Source: Epiperipatus broadwayi (Eukaryota; Animalia; Onychophora). From it: a stretch of 64,000 nt of DNA. The number at the start of each line of letters is the position of its first letter. Positions within the stretch are counted from its first letter, which is position 1. This document shows, piece after piece, positions 53,464-64,000 of the stretch. The notes beneath the pieces are model-generated. The model ran no database searches and had not been told where the DNA came from. It saw only the letters and a program-made list of their open reading frames with translations. A program made the translations under genes and the position numbers. Location of the stretch: positions 4,340,001 through 4,404,000 of the forward strand of contig JAQFVV010000002.1 in NCBI GenBank assembly GCA_028023455.1. The letters run 5' to 3'.

Positions 53464-55659
53464 AAAAGTGATAGGACACAATATTTTAGATAGATGCCTT
53501 TATTTTTTAGATATGGAAGAATGGGGGGAGAAGGTTGAATATTTTGATCATAAAACTTTATTGTTTTAAAAAATGATCATGAGTTTTTTTATTTTAATTA
53601 TAAGCTTCATTTAAGTAATAAGAAATTTAGTTTACAATATAGTTTTGTTAAGCTTTTTTTAAAAAAATTTCCAAATAGAAAGAAAAAATATCAAGTTTTA
53701 ACAACAATGTAACTTACTGATTTATTATACATAAATGTTTATGTACATATACTAAATATGATGTATACATAATGAGTATACATTTCTTAATAGAGAAATA
53801 TCTGATGATATATATTGTACTAATAAAAACTCAATGACCACCAGCATATTATCTCAGTTATGGCCAATATGCAAGCTAGCATAACTGTTGGTGTGGGTTA
53901 TATATTTTTAATCATATATAAAACAACACAAACAAATGGATTAATAAATAATAAATTAACTATTTATTAATAAAACAGAGTGTAAGTAACTTGATTGTAG
54001 TTCGATTAAATAAATTTCACTGTAAATTTCCCATCTTGCATAAAATTATTAAGATGATTATAATAGAGTTCATATATATTTATTCTCTCTTTGTTTAGTA
54101 ATTTCATAACAATTCATAGAATAATCAATTAATTCCACCCAAAAAGTTCATATATTTTGTTTTCCCATTCAGTAATTGTATGTATAAATATAAAAGGTCA
54201 GTCATATAATATTGAATCCATTTCTAATAAACAAATTCAGATATTTTGTTTCACCCCATTTAGAAAATTCATGTATAATTATAAAAATCATTAAGATATT
54301 TTTATTCAACAAACAATTAATCTATTTCAGACTTTACTTTTAATAACTCCTGTCTCATGTATATGTATGAAGCGAAACATAACTCATCCTTTAAATTATT
54401 TCCAATTTAAGTTTATAATCATAATTCACAGATACAATATAGGTCACTCTTACATAATACTGAATTTATTTTAATCTTCAGAAATTTATCTTTTAATACT
54501 AAAAAAGGAATAACTTAATCTTTTAATTTTTGAATACCTGACCATTTGCCATTTTTAGCATTCTCCCTCCTAAGTTTTAGAGTTGTTTTTCCTCTGTAAT
54601 TACCTTGTTTCTTTCATAGGCCTTTTTTCCAGAAAAATCTATTTTTTTATGTATTAGGCAAGCATATTAGCTTTGTATTAGTGTGTTATATATCAAATAT
54701 ATGTAAATTTTCACAATTTAGCTGCATAGTCTGATTTTTTCATTTTCTGACAGATTATAAGAGTTGGATATTATAATTTCTCAGATTTCATTTACTGGAC
54801 TGGATGATATGCTTAGGATTTTCAATTGACATGCTACTTGTTTTTGCCTAGTTTTTTATGTTAAAAGATTTTATAATATAAACACATGTTTACAGCTTCT
54901 TATAAGCTTGTAATTCTAATTAGTGGCAAGGCAAATTCTTCTCCGCATGACACATTTCCCCCTGCTTTTCTATATATTTTGTGGTATAGAATTTTTGGAA
55001 TGAAGCTGATTGTTGAATACCTAATTGTTTTTGTCTGCCCCATTATTCACCATACTTGCCATAATGTAGATTACCTTCTGTGTTATCTATAATACCTAGT
55101 ATAATGATGACTAATCTTCGACCCTACAGAAAAAAAATTTCTAGTATTCTTTACCAAAAGAAACAAATAGTGGTTTGCTTTCTTTTGTTTTTGTATTACA
55201 AAAAAAAATTCTTTGTCAACATTTCTTATTGTATTCATAATTTTAAAAATGTTGTTAATTCATAATTTTTTTTTTTTTTCCGAGATCACCATACTCCTTT
55301 CCATCAATAAGATTTTATTTCAGTACAATTTGGAACAAGTTAAATTAAAAATCTCAAAATGCTATTTTATTAATTAACTGTGTATTTTCTTTATCTCTAT
55401 TGTTTATATGTGGGCATAAGTAAACACACATCTGTGTTTTTCTTGAAATCTTATGTAACATTTACATGGCTGCTATTAGGATTATAATATACACTATAAG
55501 TGTAAAATTGATTAAAATTAAAATTATACATATTAACTGAAGTTCATTTACAATATATAGTTTTGATAAGCTTTTTTTTTTTTAAAAAAAAAAATTCTAT
55601 CAAAAGCAAAAATGTCAAACACTAAAAAATATTTCATATTTGAAATCATTAATATATAT

Positions 55660-56070
55660 ATATATATAATGTAAATCATGTGAGAGGAAACTAGTCTTTC
55701 AGATTTGCTATTGTATGAATTTACTTACACTTCCTCATCAATAAGTGTTTTAAAATCATAGGTGAATCACCTATACTTAGATTTTATATTTATGTAAACC
55801 AAAATCTATTGACTGTACTTAATTCAGGACTTTATTCTATTGTGAGCTTGATAATATTGTACAAATTTGTCATTTGAATTATCAGGCTCACAATAATAAA
55901 TCCTGAATTAAGCATAGTCAGTAGGTGTTGGTTTATATTACAATAATCTCTAAGCATAGGTGATTCGCCAATGCTTTTAAAACACTTATTGATAGGAGAG
56001 TGCAAGTAAATTAAGACAAATAGTGCATGTCTGAAAGATTGGTTTCCTCTCACATGATCTACATATATAG
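55660..56070. repeat. ~400-bp foldback element (arms ~190 bp)
   Basis: Diverged inverted arms, e.g. ATGTGAGAGGAAAC/GTTTCCTCTCACAT, TCAATAAGTGTTTTAAAA/TTTTAAAACACTTATTGA and CTTAATTCAGGA/TCCTGAATTAAG. Loop at ~55857-55878. Confidence 0.85.
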
Positions 56071-56172
56071 ATCACTAACACATTAATTACATATATTATT
56101 ATGTATACATACTAAATAGGATTTATTACAAATTAATTTATAGCAGAAATATTTAATGATTTATATGTATAT

Positions 56173-56519
56173 ATGTTATATATAGAGTTTGCAAATAAGC
56201 TCTTAACAAGCTTTGCAGAATATCCCCAACCCCAGATAGGTTTCTGTTACTGGCTTCCAAAGTGAGGTGCTAGGATATTCAAGCATTAGGTTAAAAATAC
56301 CAAGACAATCCCAGATCTTTATTTAATGGATAACTATTAAATACAAAATCTAAAATAGTTATCCATTAGATAAAATGCTGGGCTTGTCCTGATATTTTTA
56401 ATCTAATGCTTGAATATCCTAGCATTTCACTGATGATGCCAGTAGCAGAAACCGGTCTGGGGTTGGGGATATTCTGCAAAGCTTGTTAAGAGCTTATTTA
56501 TGAGCTCTATATATAACAT
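56173..56519. mobile_element. ~350-bp foldback element, each arm carrying a hammerhead copy
   Basis: Arms 56173-56338 and 56354-56519 are inverted copies. The right arm has an intact hammerhead; the left arm has a decayed antisense copy at 56230-56267. Confidence 0.88.
56425..56462 (+). ncRNA. Minimal type I hammerhead ribozyme, intact catalytic core
   Basis: TTTCA CTGATGA(56430-36) TGC cagta GCA GAAA CC GG TC TGGGG: full core, 3-bp stem II, palindromic stem III ACCGGT, GUC cleavage triplet, wobble-rich stem I. Confidence 0.8.
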
Positions 56520-56694
56520 TTGTAATACAAGCTTGTTAAATTAGGTCATGTGACATATGACTTGATTTCTTTGTAATATATATATATCAGCTATAAGTGT
56601 CCAGTCAATTTAAAGTATAGCATAGTTTTACATTTTTATTTACTGTGCCAATACTAAAAAGTTAAAAATAATAGACAAAATTTTTTTAAAAAAT

Positions 56695-56950
56695 TAAATG
56701 CTTTTATTTACTGTGCACTAAAAAAAATAATTGTTTCATCTACCACAATTGGAGTTTTTAGGTTTAATTTGAAATAAAACATGGGGAGGGACTGAGTGTT
56801 CAGAAATTAATTGTCAATAACAAGGGATTGTCTTAATTAATTTCTGGATCATCGATGCTTTTATTTCAATTTAAGCCTATAAATCCCAATTGTGGTTAAG
56901 AAACAATTATTTTTTGTTTTTTTTTAGTGCACAATAAACAAAAGCATTTT
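56695..56950. repeat. Palindromic MITE-like element, related to 22585-22795
   Basis: Arms AAATGCTTTT...GTGCACTAAAAAAA...ACCACAATTGG...TTGAAATAAAA and their reverse complements. Confidence 0.8.
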
Positions 56951-57608
56951 ATTCTGCAAATCTGAGTAAAAAAAATTTATATTCTAGTTTGTTTAATAAA
57001 ATTAGTATTTTGGGTTGAATGCATTCAATAATGTAAGTACTATAGTTTTTCAGACAATTTTTTAAGTTATAAATATAACTCCAAATTAGCATTTGTTTTT
57101 AAATTGTTTTATACTTTGTTTAAGCAACTGTTTCATTAAATATTTAGTGGAAATTTGAAAGTGCTTGTGTCAGGTTGAGAAAATTTTACTATTAATAGTA
57201 ATTGTGTCACACATTTCTTTTATTATAGAATAATAATCTTTTCTATTTCAAGCTGTTGTTTATATCGTGGAAAATTTTATTCTTTTATATGATATTTTAG
57301 GAATTCCTTATCTTTTTGTTTTTGGTACCACTTTACAGAAATTTTATATAATCAATTGTTAATAAATACATTATTTTACAAATATTTTCATTATATAAAA
57401 TTCAATAGAAATTTTACTCTTAAATTGCTGCTTCTTTTTATTATTATCTAATCAGATATTTTTAATAAAAATATGAATAATTTTGTTAATGATCTCCTTT
57501 AAATGTTAATCATATTCAAAGTCTTTTTTGCATAGCACAAACTCATTAGCATTCAGAAATACAAATTGGTGTTATAAAAATATTCTTATACTTACATACT
57601 AATTAGCG

Positions 57609-60334
57609 CAGCAGTTCCCAATCACTGATGAGGTTACCACTATTGGTAAATAAATGCCAAGTTACACTGGTACATGACGAATAAAATAGTAACAAAATAT
57701 ATTATGTATAACATGTAATTATTTTTAAAACATTTTTATTTTTAAAAAAATATCACAAAAGTATATTTAGTTAATTTTTATATCAACAATTTTTTTTTTT
57801 AAATAAAAAGTAAGACAAAGTAACAGTTTGATAAAAAATAGTAATATTTCATATTTTTACTAGCTCACACTTTTTCCTATATGGTGGTATGTACAGTCAT
57901 AAAATCTGTTTGTAATGGTTATTTGTAGTGTTATATCCAGCATGATTGAAATATATTATAAGTTGTTCTTTGTTTTGTGAATTATATAGGGTCATTTTTT
58001 AATCCCATGAAGTGTAGTCTAATAAATTTTAAAACATTATACATTTAACAATTGATGTAATAATATTAAATGTAAATTTCAAGTTGTATTCATTATTATT
58101 TTAATTGTCATTTAAAATAGAAAAATCAATGGCCTTAATATGAAGAGATTTTTAGAGCAAGCTGGGTGTAGTTATTGCATATCAAAAGAAAATAAATCAT
58201 CAGATATGAACAAAAATGAATCGTTGATATCAAAATGTAAAGATAGTTCGATTAGCTGATCCTGACTATATAAAGTATGGATTCTGCATGAAATCTGACA
58301 CAGAAACTGACCCTATTCCACAGTGTATTATATGTTTTGAATGTTTATCAAATGGATATTTGAAACCTTCTCTTTTGAAAAGGCATTTATTATCCTAATA
58401 TCAAAATTTAAAAATTAAACCAATTGATTATAAAAAAGAAAACTGTGCAAATTTCACAACCAAAAACAGTTGTCTTCTTTCACCAGTGTTAACACCAATT
58501 GTGTAATGATATTATATTTAGAAAGTTGTATATAATTAGGTGCCATAAAGCACACACAACTGAAAAAACTTTGTTGCTACCAGTAACTAAATATATTATG
58601 AAATCTGTACTTGGGGAAAAAGCAGCCAAGGAAATTGATAGAGTGTCACTATCAAACAATAGAGTAAAAGGGTGAATAGATGATATGGTATCAAATATTA
58701 AAAATATTTTAATCAAGAGATTAAGAGAATGGCAGTTTTATTTTTAAACTAAAGCACTGACGTCTCTAAATTAGAGTAACTATTTGTTTATGAAAGATTT
58801 GATATGAAATTCAAGAAGAAATATTATTTTGTAAGTAGTTATTTGCACAAGCAATGTCAGACAAAATATTCAAAATAATCAATGATTATTTAATTAACAA
58901 CAATATAAGTTGCTACAAATGTGTTATAATTTGCATAGATAGTTATCAGGTGTAATATCGAAAATTAAAGAAGTAACGCCAGAGTATAAATTTATGCATT
59001 GTATAATTCATCGGGAAGTTTTAGCTACAAAATATATCTTTGCCAATTTAAGATCTGTTCTTTATGAAGCTGTAAAGATAGTTAACTGGATAAAATCAAA
59101 AGCACTTAATTCCTGATTGTTTTTAATTTTATGTAATGAGATGGGGAGTGAACATAAATTGCTATTATTTCATTTCAAGCTTTAGTTGCTCTCAGGAGGA
59201 AGTCCTAGGCTGATTTTTTGAATTACATTCCGAGGTAAATATTTTTTTATGGATTCAGGAGAATCAATAAAAAATTATCTTAGTAATGAAAAATGGCTAT
59301 TTAGACTAGCATACCTATTGGATATTTTCTCATAGCTAAATAATTTAAATATGATTTTGCAGGGGGACTAACAATTCTCTGTTTTACCTTAGCGATAAAA
59401 TAATAGCATTTAAAAATAAATTACCATTTTTAAAAAAACAAATGGCGAAAAGGAATTTCAGTGTGTTTTCCACCCTACGTAATTTTTTAGAAGAAAACCG
59501 TTTATCAATAACAAATTGTATCATTAGTGATATACAGGACCATTTAAAATCTTTGTATGATTATTTTCAAAAATATTTTACTTAAGGTTTTACTCCTCAC
59601 AGTTGGATTCGCAGTTCCTTTGCATTTACAGGGGAGATTCCAGATAATGTAATTGCAAAAGAATCTTTTATAGATTTTATTAGTGACAATGGATTGAAAT
59701 TGAAATTTCAGGGTATTGGCTTGTTTTCATTTTGGCTGTCTACTTGGGTAGAATATCTGGAATTTTCTCAATAAGCATTAACATTTTTAATGCCATTTAG
59801 TACCATATACTTGTATGAGAGTGGATTTTCTGCTAAGATTGCGATAAAAAAAAAAAAAACATAAAAATTTGCTCAATATTGAATCGAATCTTGTTAAAAA
59901 TAAACAAGTTCAAACCTCAACTAATTAAAATAATTTGTTACTACCCAAAGACTATTAACCAATTACACTTTTGTAATATTTATGTTGAAAAATATTTTTT
60001 CATTTTCTATATTTTTATATCGTATAATTTTTATTTTGTGATATATAAGTTCAATTTTTTTTTTAATTTTATATATTTTTACGTCATATAATTGCACTTA
60101 AAGTATACCTCTCACTAAATGTGTTGTAATCTTTTATGTTTTACATATATATATATATATTTGTTGTAAAATGCTATGATACTTAAATAAAAAAAAAAAC
60201 TAAATACATAGTCTGTATTAAATTCTATTACACTCTATCATATACAAATGTAAAATTTTTTTAACTTCCGATATGCCATCCTCTTGCCTAAAATTCACTT
60301 GTATTTTTTATCCCAAAAAGATTGGGAACCGCTG
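57609..60334 (+). mobile_element. Buster-type hAT DNA transposon with disrupted transposase
   Basis: TIRs CAGCAGTTCCCAATC (57609-23) / GATTGGGAACCGCTG (60320-34). 8-bp flanks AATTAGCG/AATTAGAA with the central TA typical of Buster. Confidence 0.9.
58140..59930 (+). pseudogene. Buster/SCAND3-like hAT transposase, many stops and frameshifts
   Basis: DPDYIKYGF...PQCIICFECLSNGYLKPSLLKRHL (zf-BED), MHCIIHREVLA (~58974) and PFSTIYLYESGFS (~59795). Confidence 0.88.
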
Positions 60335-60455
60335 AATTAGAATATACACACACATTTATTTCTACCCAAGATAAAAATAATAATCACAAATAAATCAGAA
60401 TAGATTGAAATACATAGGTGGTTTAATTCATAATTGCAGACTATAAGCTAGATGA

Positions 60456-60555
60456 AGTCAAGCATTGATGGCCTAGTGGTTAGCATAGCTGTCTTCCAAG
60501 CAACTGGTACAGGTTCGTTTCCAGGTCAACGCATTTGACATATGAAAAAAAAAAA
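60456..60555 (+). mobile_element. tRNA-Gly(TCC)-derived SINE
   Basis: agtcaaGCATTGATGGCCTAGTGGTTAGCATAGCTGTCTTCCAAGCAACTGGTACAGGTTCGTTTCCAGGTCAACGCATTTGACATATG followed by poly(A). Confidence 0.85.
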
Positions 60556-60624
60556 CCTAGATTAATAAATCACAATTTTAAATACAAACTTACAAATGGC
60601 AGGTAAATAATATTAAATCCTAAT

Positions 60625-60671
60625 TCTTCACTGAGGTGAGCCATTAAGCTCGAAACCAATTGGTCTGGAGA
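60625..60671 (+). ncRNA. Minimal type I hammerhead ribozyme, one core substitution
   Basis: TCTTCA CTGAGGT GAGC cattaa GCTC GAAA CC AATT GG TC TGGAGA: all three stems pair, stem III is palindromic ACCAATTGGT, A9 is replaced by T. Confidence 0.78.
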
Positions 60672-62171
60672 TGAGGATAATACGATAGAGATTTTGAATT
60701 CTTTTTCTGTTGGCACTTATGATTAAAGCTTGTTTGGAGTTAGTGATAAGCTCCATCTAGTGAAAATGTAAATATTTGATTGTATGGGTGTGTGTGGCAA
60801 ATTAATAAAAATTGAGAAAAATATAATAAATTAATCATAGAATTTAGTTCCAGCAAACTGCTTTCTTTAAAATTATTTAACATTAAAAGTAAAGAAGTTT
60901 CAAGCAAAAATTTATTACTTATTTGGATATATGTCTTTCTATTAAAATCGAAAAACATGTTTGTTACTAGACTCTTTTAAAAGTAAGCTCCATCAATGAG
61001 AGAACACACAGCTATCACTAACATGAAAAGAAAAAATGAGGCTAAAATAACATTAGGCTCCATACATTTTTAAAAATGATGATAATATATAGAGAATTAG
61101 AAATCCTAAACTTCTAATTGATGTTAAGAGAATAAATATTCAAGATGAAAGCGTTTATTGAAATAATGAGGGGAAACTACATATTGTAAATTGAATAAAT
61201 TTGGAGATAAACTCATTTTGTAACGAATTGGTGATAATGATTGAAAATTATGTGTGTGATATGTATACAATAAATTGAGATTAGAGATATACTGATAACA
61301 TTAAAATAACTTGAATATATGTATATAATTCATTTTCACATAGTACTCATATCAATTTTAGTTTAATGATTTGGTTTTAAGTAGATAATTATGTAAATGT
61401 TAAAATACCTCTCTAACAGTAGTCACAGAGAGACACAGTTTCCATCAAGCTTTCTATTTGTTAGATGATCAGAGTTTGAATGGTTTTATATTCTCATTTT
61501 ACTCTTTAGCTTTATTGAAAGACTGTGTTATCTATGGGCAGAATATCCGGAAAAAAATTCTTAAATCTCTTTAAAAGAATTTCAACTTTATTCAGACTGG
61601 ATTCAAACCCAGGTCATACCTATAGTAGGAGGATGCATTATTATTTTATATTGAGATTCATTTATTTAAATATATATATATATATGAAAAACACATTTTA
61701 TGGTGATTTAGACATCTAAACTTTGAAAAATTAAACTATGAAAACAGAATTAAAAAATCAATAAACTAGCTTGATAACTGAGTTATTAAAGTTTAAACAT
61801 TCATTAAAAAAAACAACGTATTGACTTAATTTTAAATTACCTTGTAATTGTTTTTAATATGAGTGCATTAAAGGGTAATTAATATTTAATTGACACAGAG
61901 TTCTTTATGCAATTTTTCATTTCATATATATTTAAAATAAATCGAAATTACACAGTAATTACTATTTACAAAAAAAAAATTAAATGAAGTGTAGAATTTG
62001 TCAAATTTGAAGTTTTATAATTGTTAATGGATATTTTTATATATATTTTGTTATCTGCATTCATTTTATTCTTAAAAAATAAAATATTAATTATTTCTAT
62101 CTTGTTAAATAAGATGAAAATAGAATGCCTTATTGTTAATTTTCTTACATTTGCTTTTTTACATTGTTTGC

Positions 62172-62250
62172 TTTTCATATGTGTAAAGTGAACCCGGGCC
62201 AGTTGCTTGGAAGGCAGCTATGCTATCCACTAGGCCACCAACGCTTGACT
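62172..62250 (-). mobile_element. tRNA-Gly(TCC)-derived SINE with internal 3' deletion
   Basis: Minus strand agtcaaGCGTTGGTGGCCTAGTGGATAGCATAGCTGCCTTCCAAGCAACTGGCCCGGGTTCAC...CATATGAAAA. Confidence 0.85.
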
Positions 62251-62539
62251 ACTTTGTTTTCTTACTGTATTTATTATAATTCTTTCAAAAAAATATATGC
62301 ATAATACCACTAGAGTAAACTTACTGAATTTATATTAATTTGCAAATTATAAAAAGATTAAAAGAAACATACACACACATACATACAATGAGAAAATGAA
62401 TTTCATTATTATTTTATAGAATGGCATCTCATTAGTTGAACAAGCAACATATTTAAATACAAAACATTTAGTACAGTACTTAAATTATATTACCAAGCAG
62501 AATTCTTTCATCAATTAAGTTGCTAAAAAGCAAATAAAG

Positions 62540-63365
62540 GAATAAAAACCCTCTAAACAAAACAACTGGCTTCGACAATCAGTGACTCTAATCCTGAACC
62601 ATCTTTCAGCCAATGCAAGCCTATTCACAAGAAAACTCACATATTGGGAGATCTTCAATATTACACACCGCAAGAGTTCCACTATCTCTGCCTACCTCCA
62701 TATTACCAACCAAAGACTCATCAAGCTAACGAAACACTGGCACCTTCCCCCAAAGTATGTTGACTTCCTCATTAAAGTAAATCTGGAAGCCCTTCCCACA
62801 AATGCCTTTCTCTACTATAAGAGAGGCTTCAAAAATCTAGCAAGCACATGCGCACTCTGCCAGAGAGAAGATGAAACCACCAACCACACGCTAACGAACT
62901 GCCCAAGTCTACAAAAGCTCCAATCAGCAATACGGAACCGATTCAAGAACCAAACCCACAATTCTTTGTCTCTGACCAATGTGATAGAACAAGGAACTTA
63001 TGCACATCTTAGACTGGCAACATTTGTGAACTTTACAATCTGGTCTCTTCGATGTAAGCTGGTCATAAGCAAGTCTGAATACCCAAACATTGAGACAGCC
63101 TTCTATCATATGCTGAATAAAACTCGCAAAACAGACTTTTCCACAGCCTACCTTAACATTGCAGAAAACACATGGGCCCTAGTTGATCTACCCAGTGAAG
63201 AAGTACTCTAAGATTACGCCTGAACACAACACCACAGAACTCTATAATACATGCATATAAATCATTGTAATAATCTGTATAATTCATAGTAACAATATGT
63301 AAAACCAATGTAACCATTGTATAATTCCTCAATAAAGTTTGAATATATAGGAAAAAAAAAAAAAG
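62540..63365 (+). mobile_element. 5'-truncated Tx1/L1-like LINE, 3' end with poly(A)
   Basis: Uninterrupted ORF2 C-terminus, AATAAA at ~63332 and a poly(A) run at 63352-63364. Confidence 0.85.
62582..63211 (+). CDS. C-terminal zf-RVT/CCHC region of a LINE ORF2
   Basis: DFLIKVNLEALPT...CALCQREDETTNHTLTNC...IWSLRC, homologous to the ends of the other Tx1-like copies. Confidence 0.8.
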   Translation: MTLILNHLSANASLFTRKLTYWEIFNITHRKSSTISAYLHITNQRLIKLTKHWHLPPKYVDFLIKVNLEALPTNAFLYYKRGFKNLASTCALCQREDETTNHTLTNCPSLQKLQSAIRNRFKNQTHNSLSLTNVIEQGTYAHLRLATFVNFTIWSLRCKLVISKSEYPNIETAFYHMLNKTRKTDFSTAYLNIAENTWALVDLPSEEVL

Positions 63366-64000
63366 ATTAAAAGGTTTCATTTTCACCTTAATGTTATTAA
63401 AAAATCCTATATTAATAGATAATTAACCAAAAACATTTACAAAATTTAAAAATTTATTAACTGTAATATGAAAAACATGTTCTTTCAGTAAATTACATAC
63501 AGCATTACAAAAATAATCCTTAATAATCAATCTTAAGCATTTACTAAAAATATATATGCGTCTGTAATTATTCATATAAAAACAGGCAAAATTCTTCATA
63601 CAGTAATGTCACTCAGTGTAAGCCAGAGTAATCAATGGATTCCAGAAGGCTTGTGCATAAAATCCCTATCTAGAGCCTACTCATCTAATATGCCCATAAA
63701 CAAGAATGAGGAGCCTTGGATCTGAGAGCACTGCACATAGATCTTAGGATCTAATGCAACCTTCCAGAAGTCACCTTTTATGTCTACTTGCACTAAATGG
63801 CACTACTATATGGAGAGTTTTGCCTATTTTAATAACAATTATGAGTAAGCATAAGAAATGGTGATCATGTGAAATTATTCATATACTGAGAATTATGTGG
63901 CTTGCATGCTGTCCCATAATATTTGGCAATAAAAAATATAATGTACTAAAAAAATAACAAAGACTAGTTTAACTTCTACCTTTACTCATTCAAATATTCA

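Noticed and set aside
57625-57655. CTGATGA followed by a perfect hairpin, hammerhead-like
   Set aside because: No GAAA or stem III/I follows, and it abuts the hAT TIR, where a subterminal palindrome explains it.
60462-60533. Functional tRNA-Gly(TCC) gene
   Set aside because: Mismatched anticodon and acceptor stems, an altered B box, and the shared family tail plus poly(A) mark it as a SINE; the same applies to the other copies.

Overview
Very AT-rich (by eye roughly one quarter GC), CpG-depleted eukaryotic DNA, probably from an invertebrate animal (inference). I cannot support any host protein-coding exon; the window reads as repeat-dense intergenic or intronic DNA. Recognisable elements: a near full-length decayed RTE LINE plus a 3' fragment; four Tx1/L1-like LINE copies (one near full length, with a Penelope GIY-YIG fragment nested between ORF1 and ORF2); a decayed Gypsy LTR element plus a solo-LTR-like copy; a Buster-type hAT transposon with TIRs and a TSD; seven short tRNA-Gly-derived SINE copies; several foldback elements; and microsatellites. 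The most interesting signal is at least seven minimal type I hammerhead ribozyme motifs (one with an intact core, others near-intact or decayed). Several sit in short non-coding units built as an inverted partial copy plus a direct tandem copy, the architecture of Penelope pseudo-LTRs and retrozymes. One very young insertion with a 14-bp TSD has the same architecture but no recognisable hammerhead. All alignments and translations were done by eye; boundaries of old elements are approximate.
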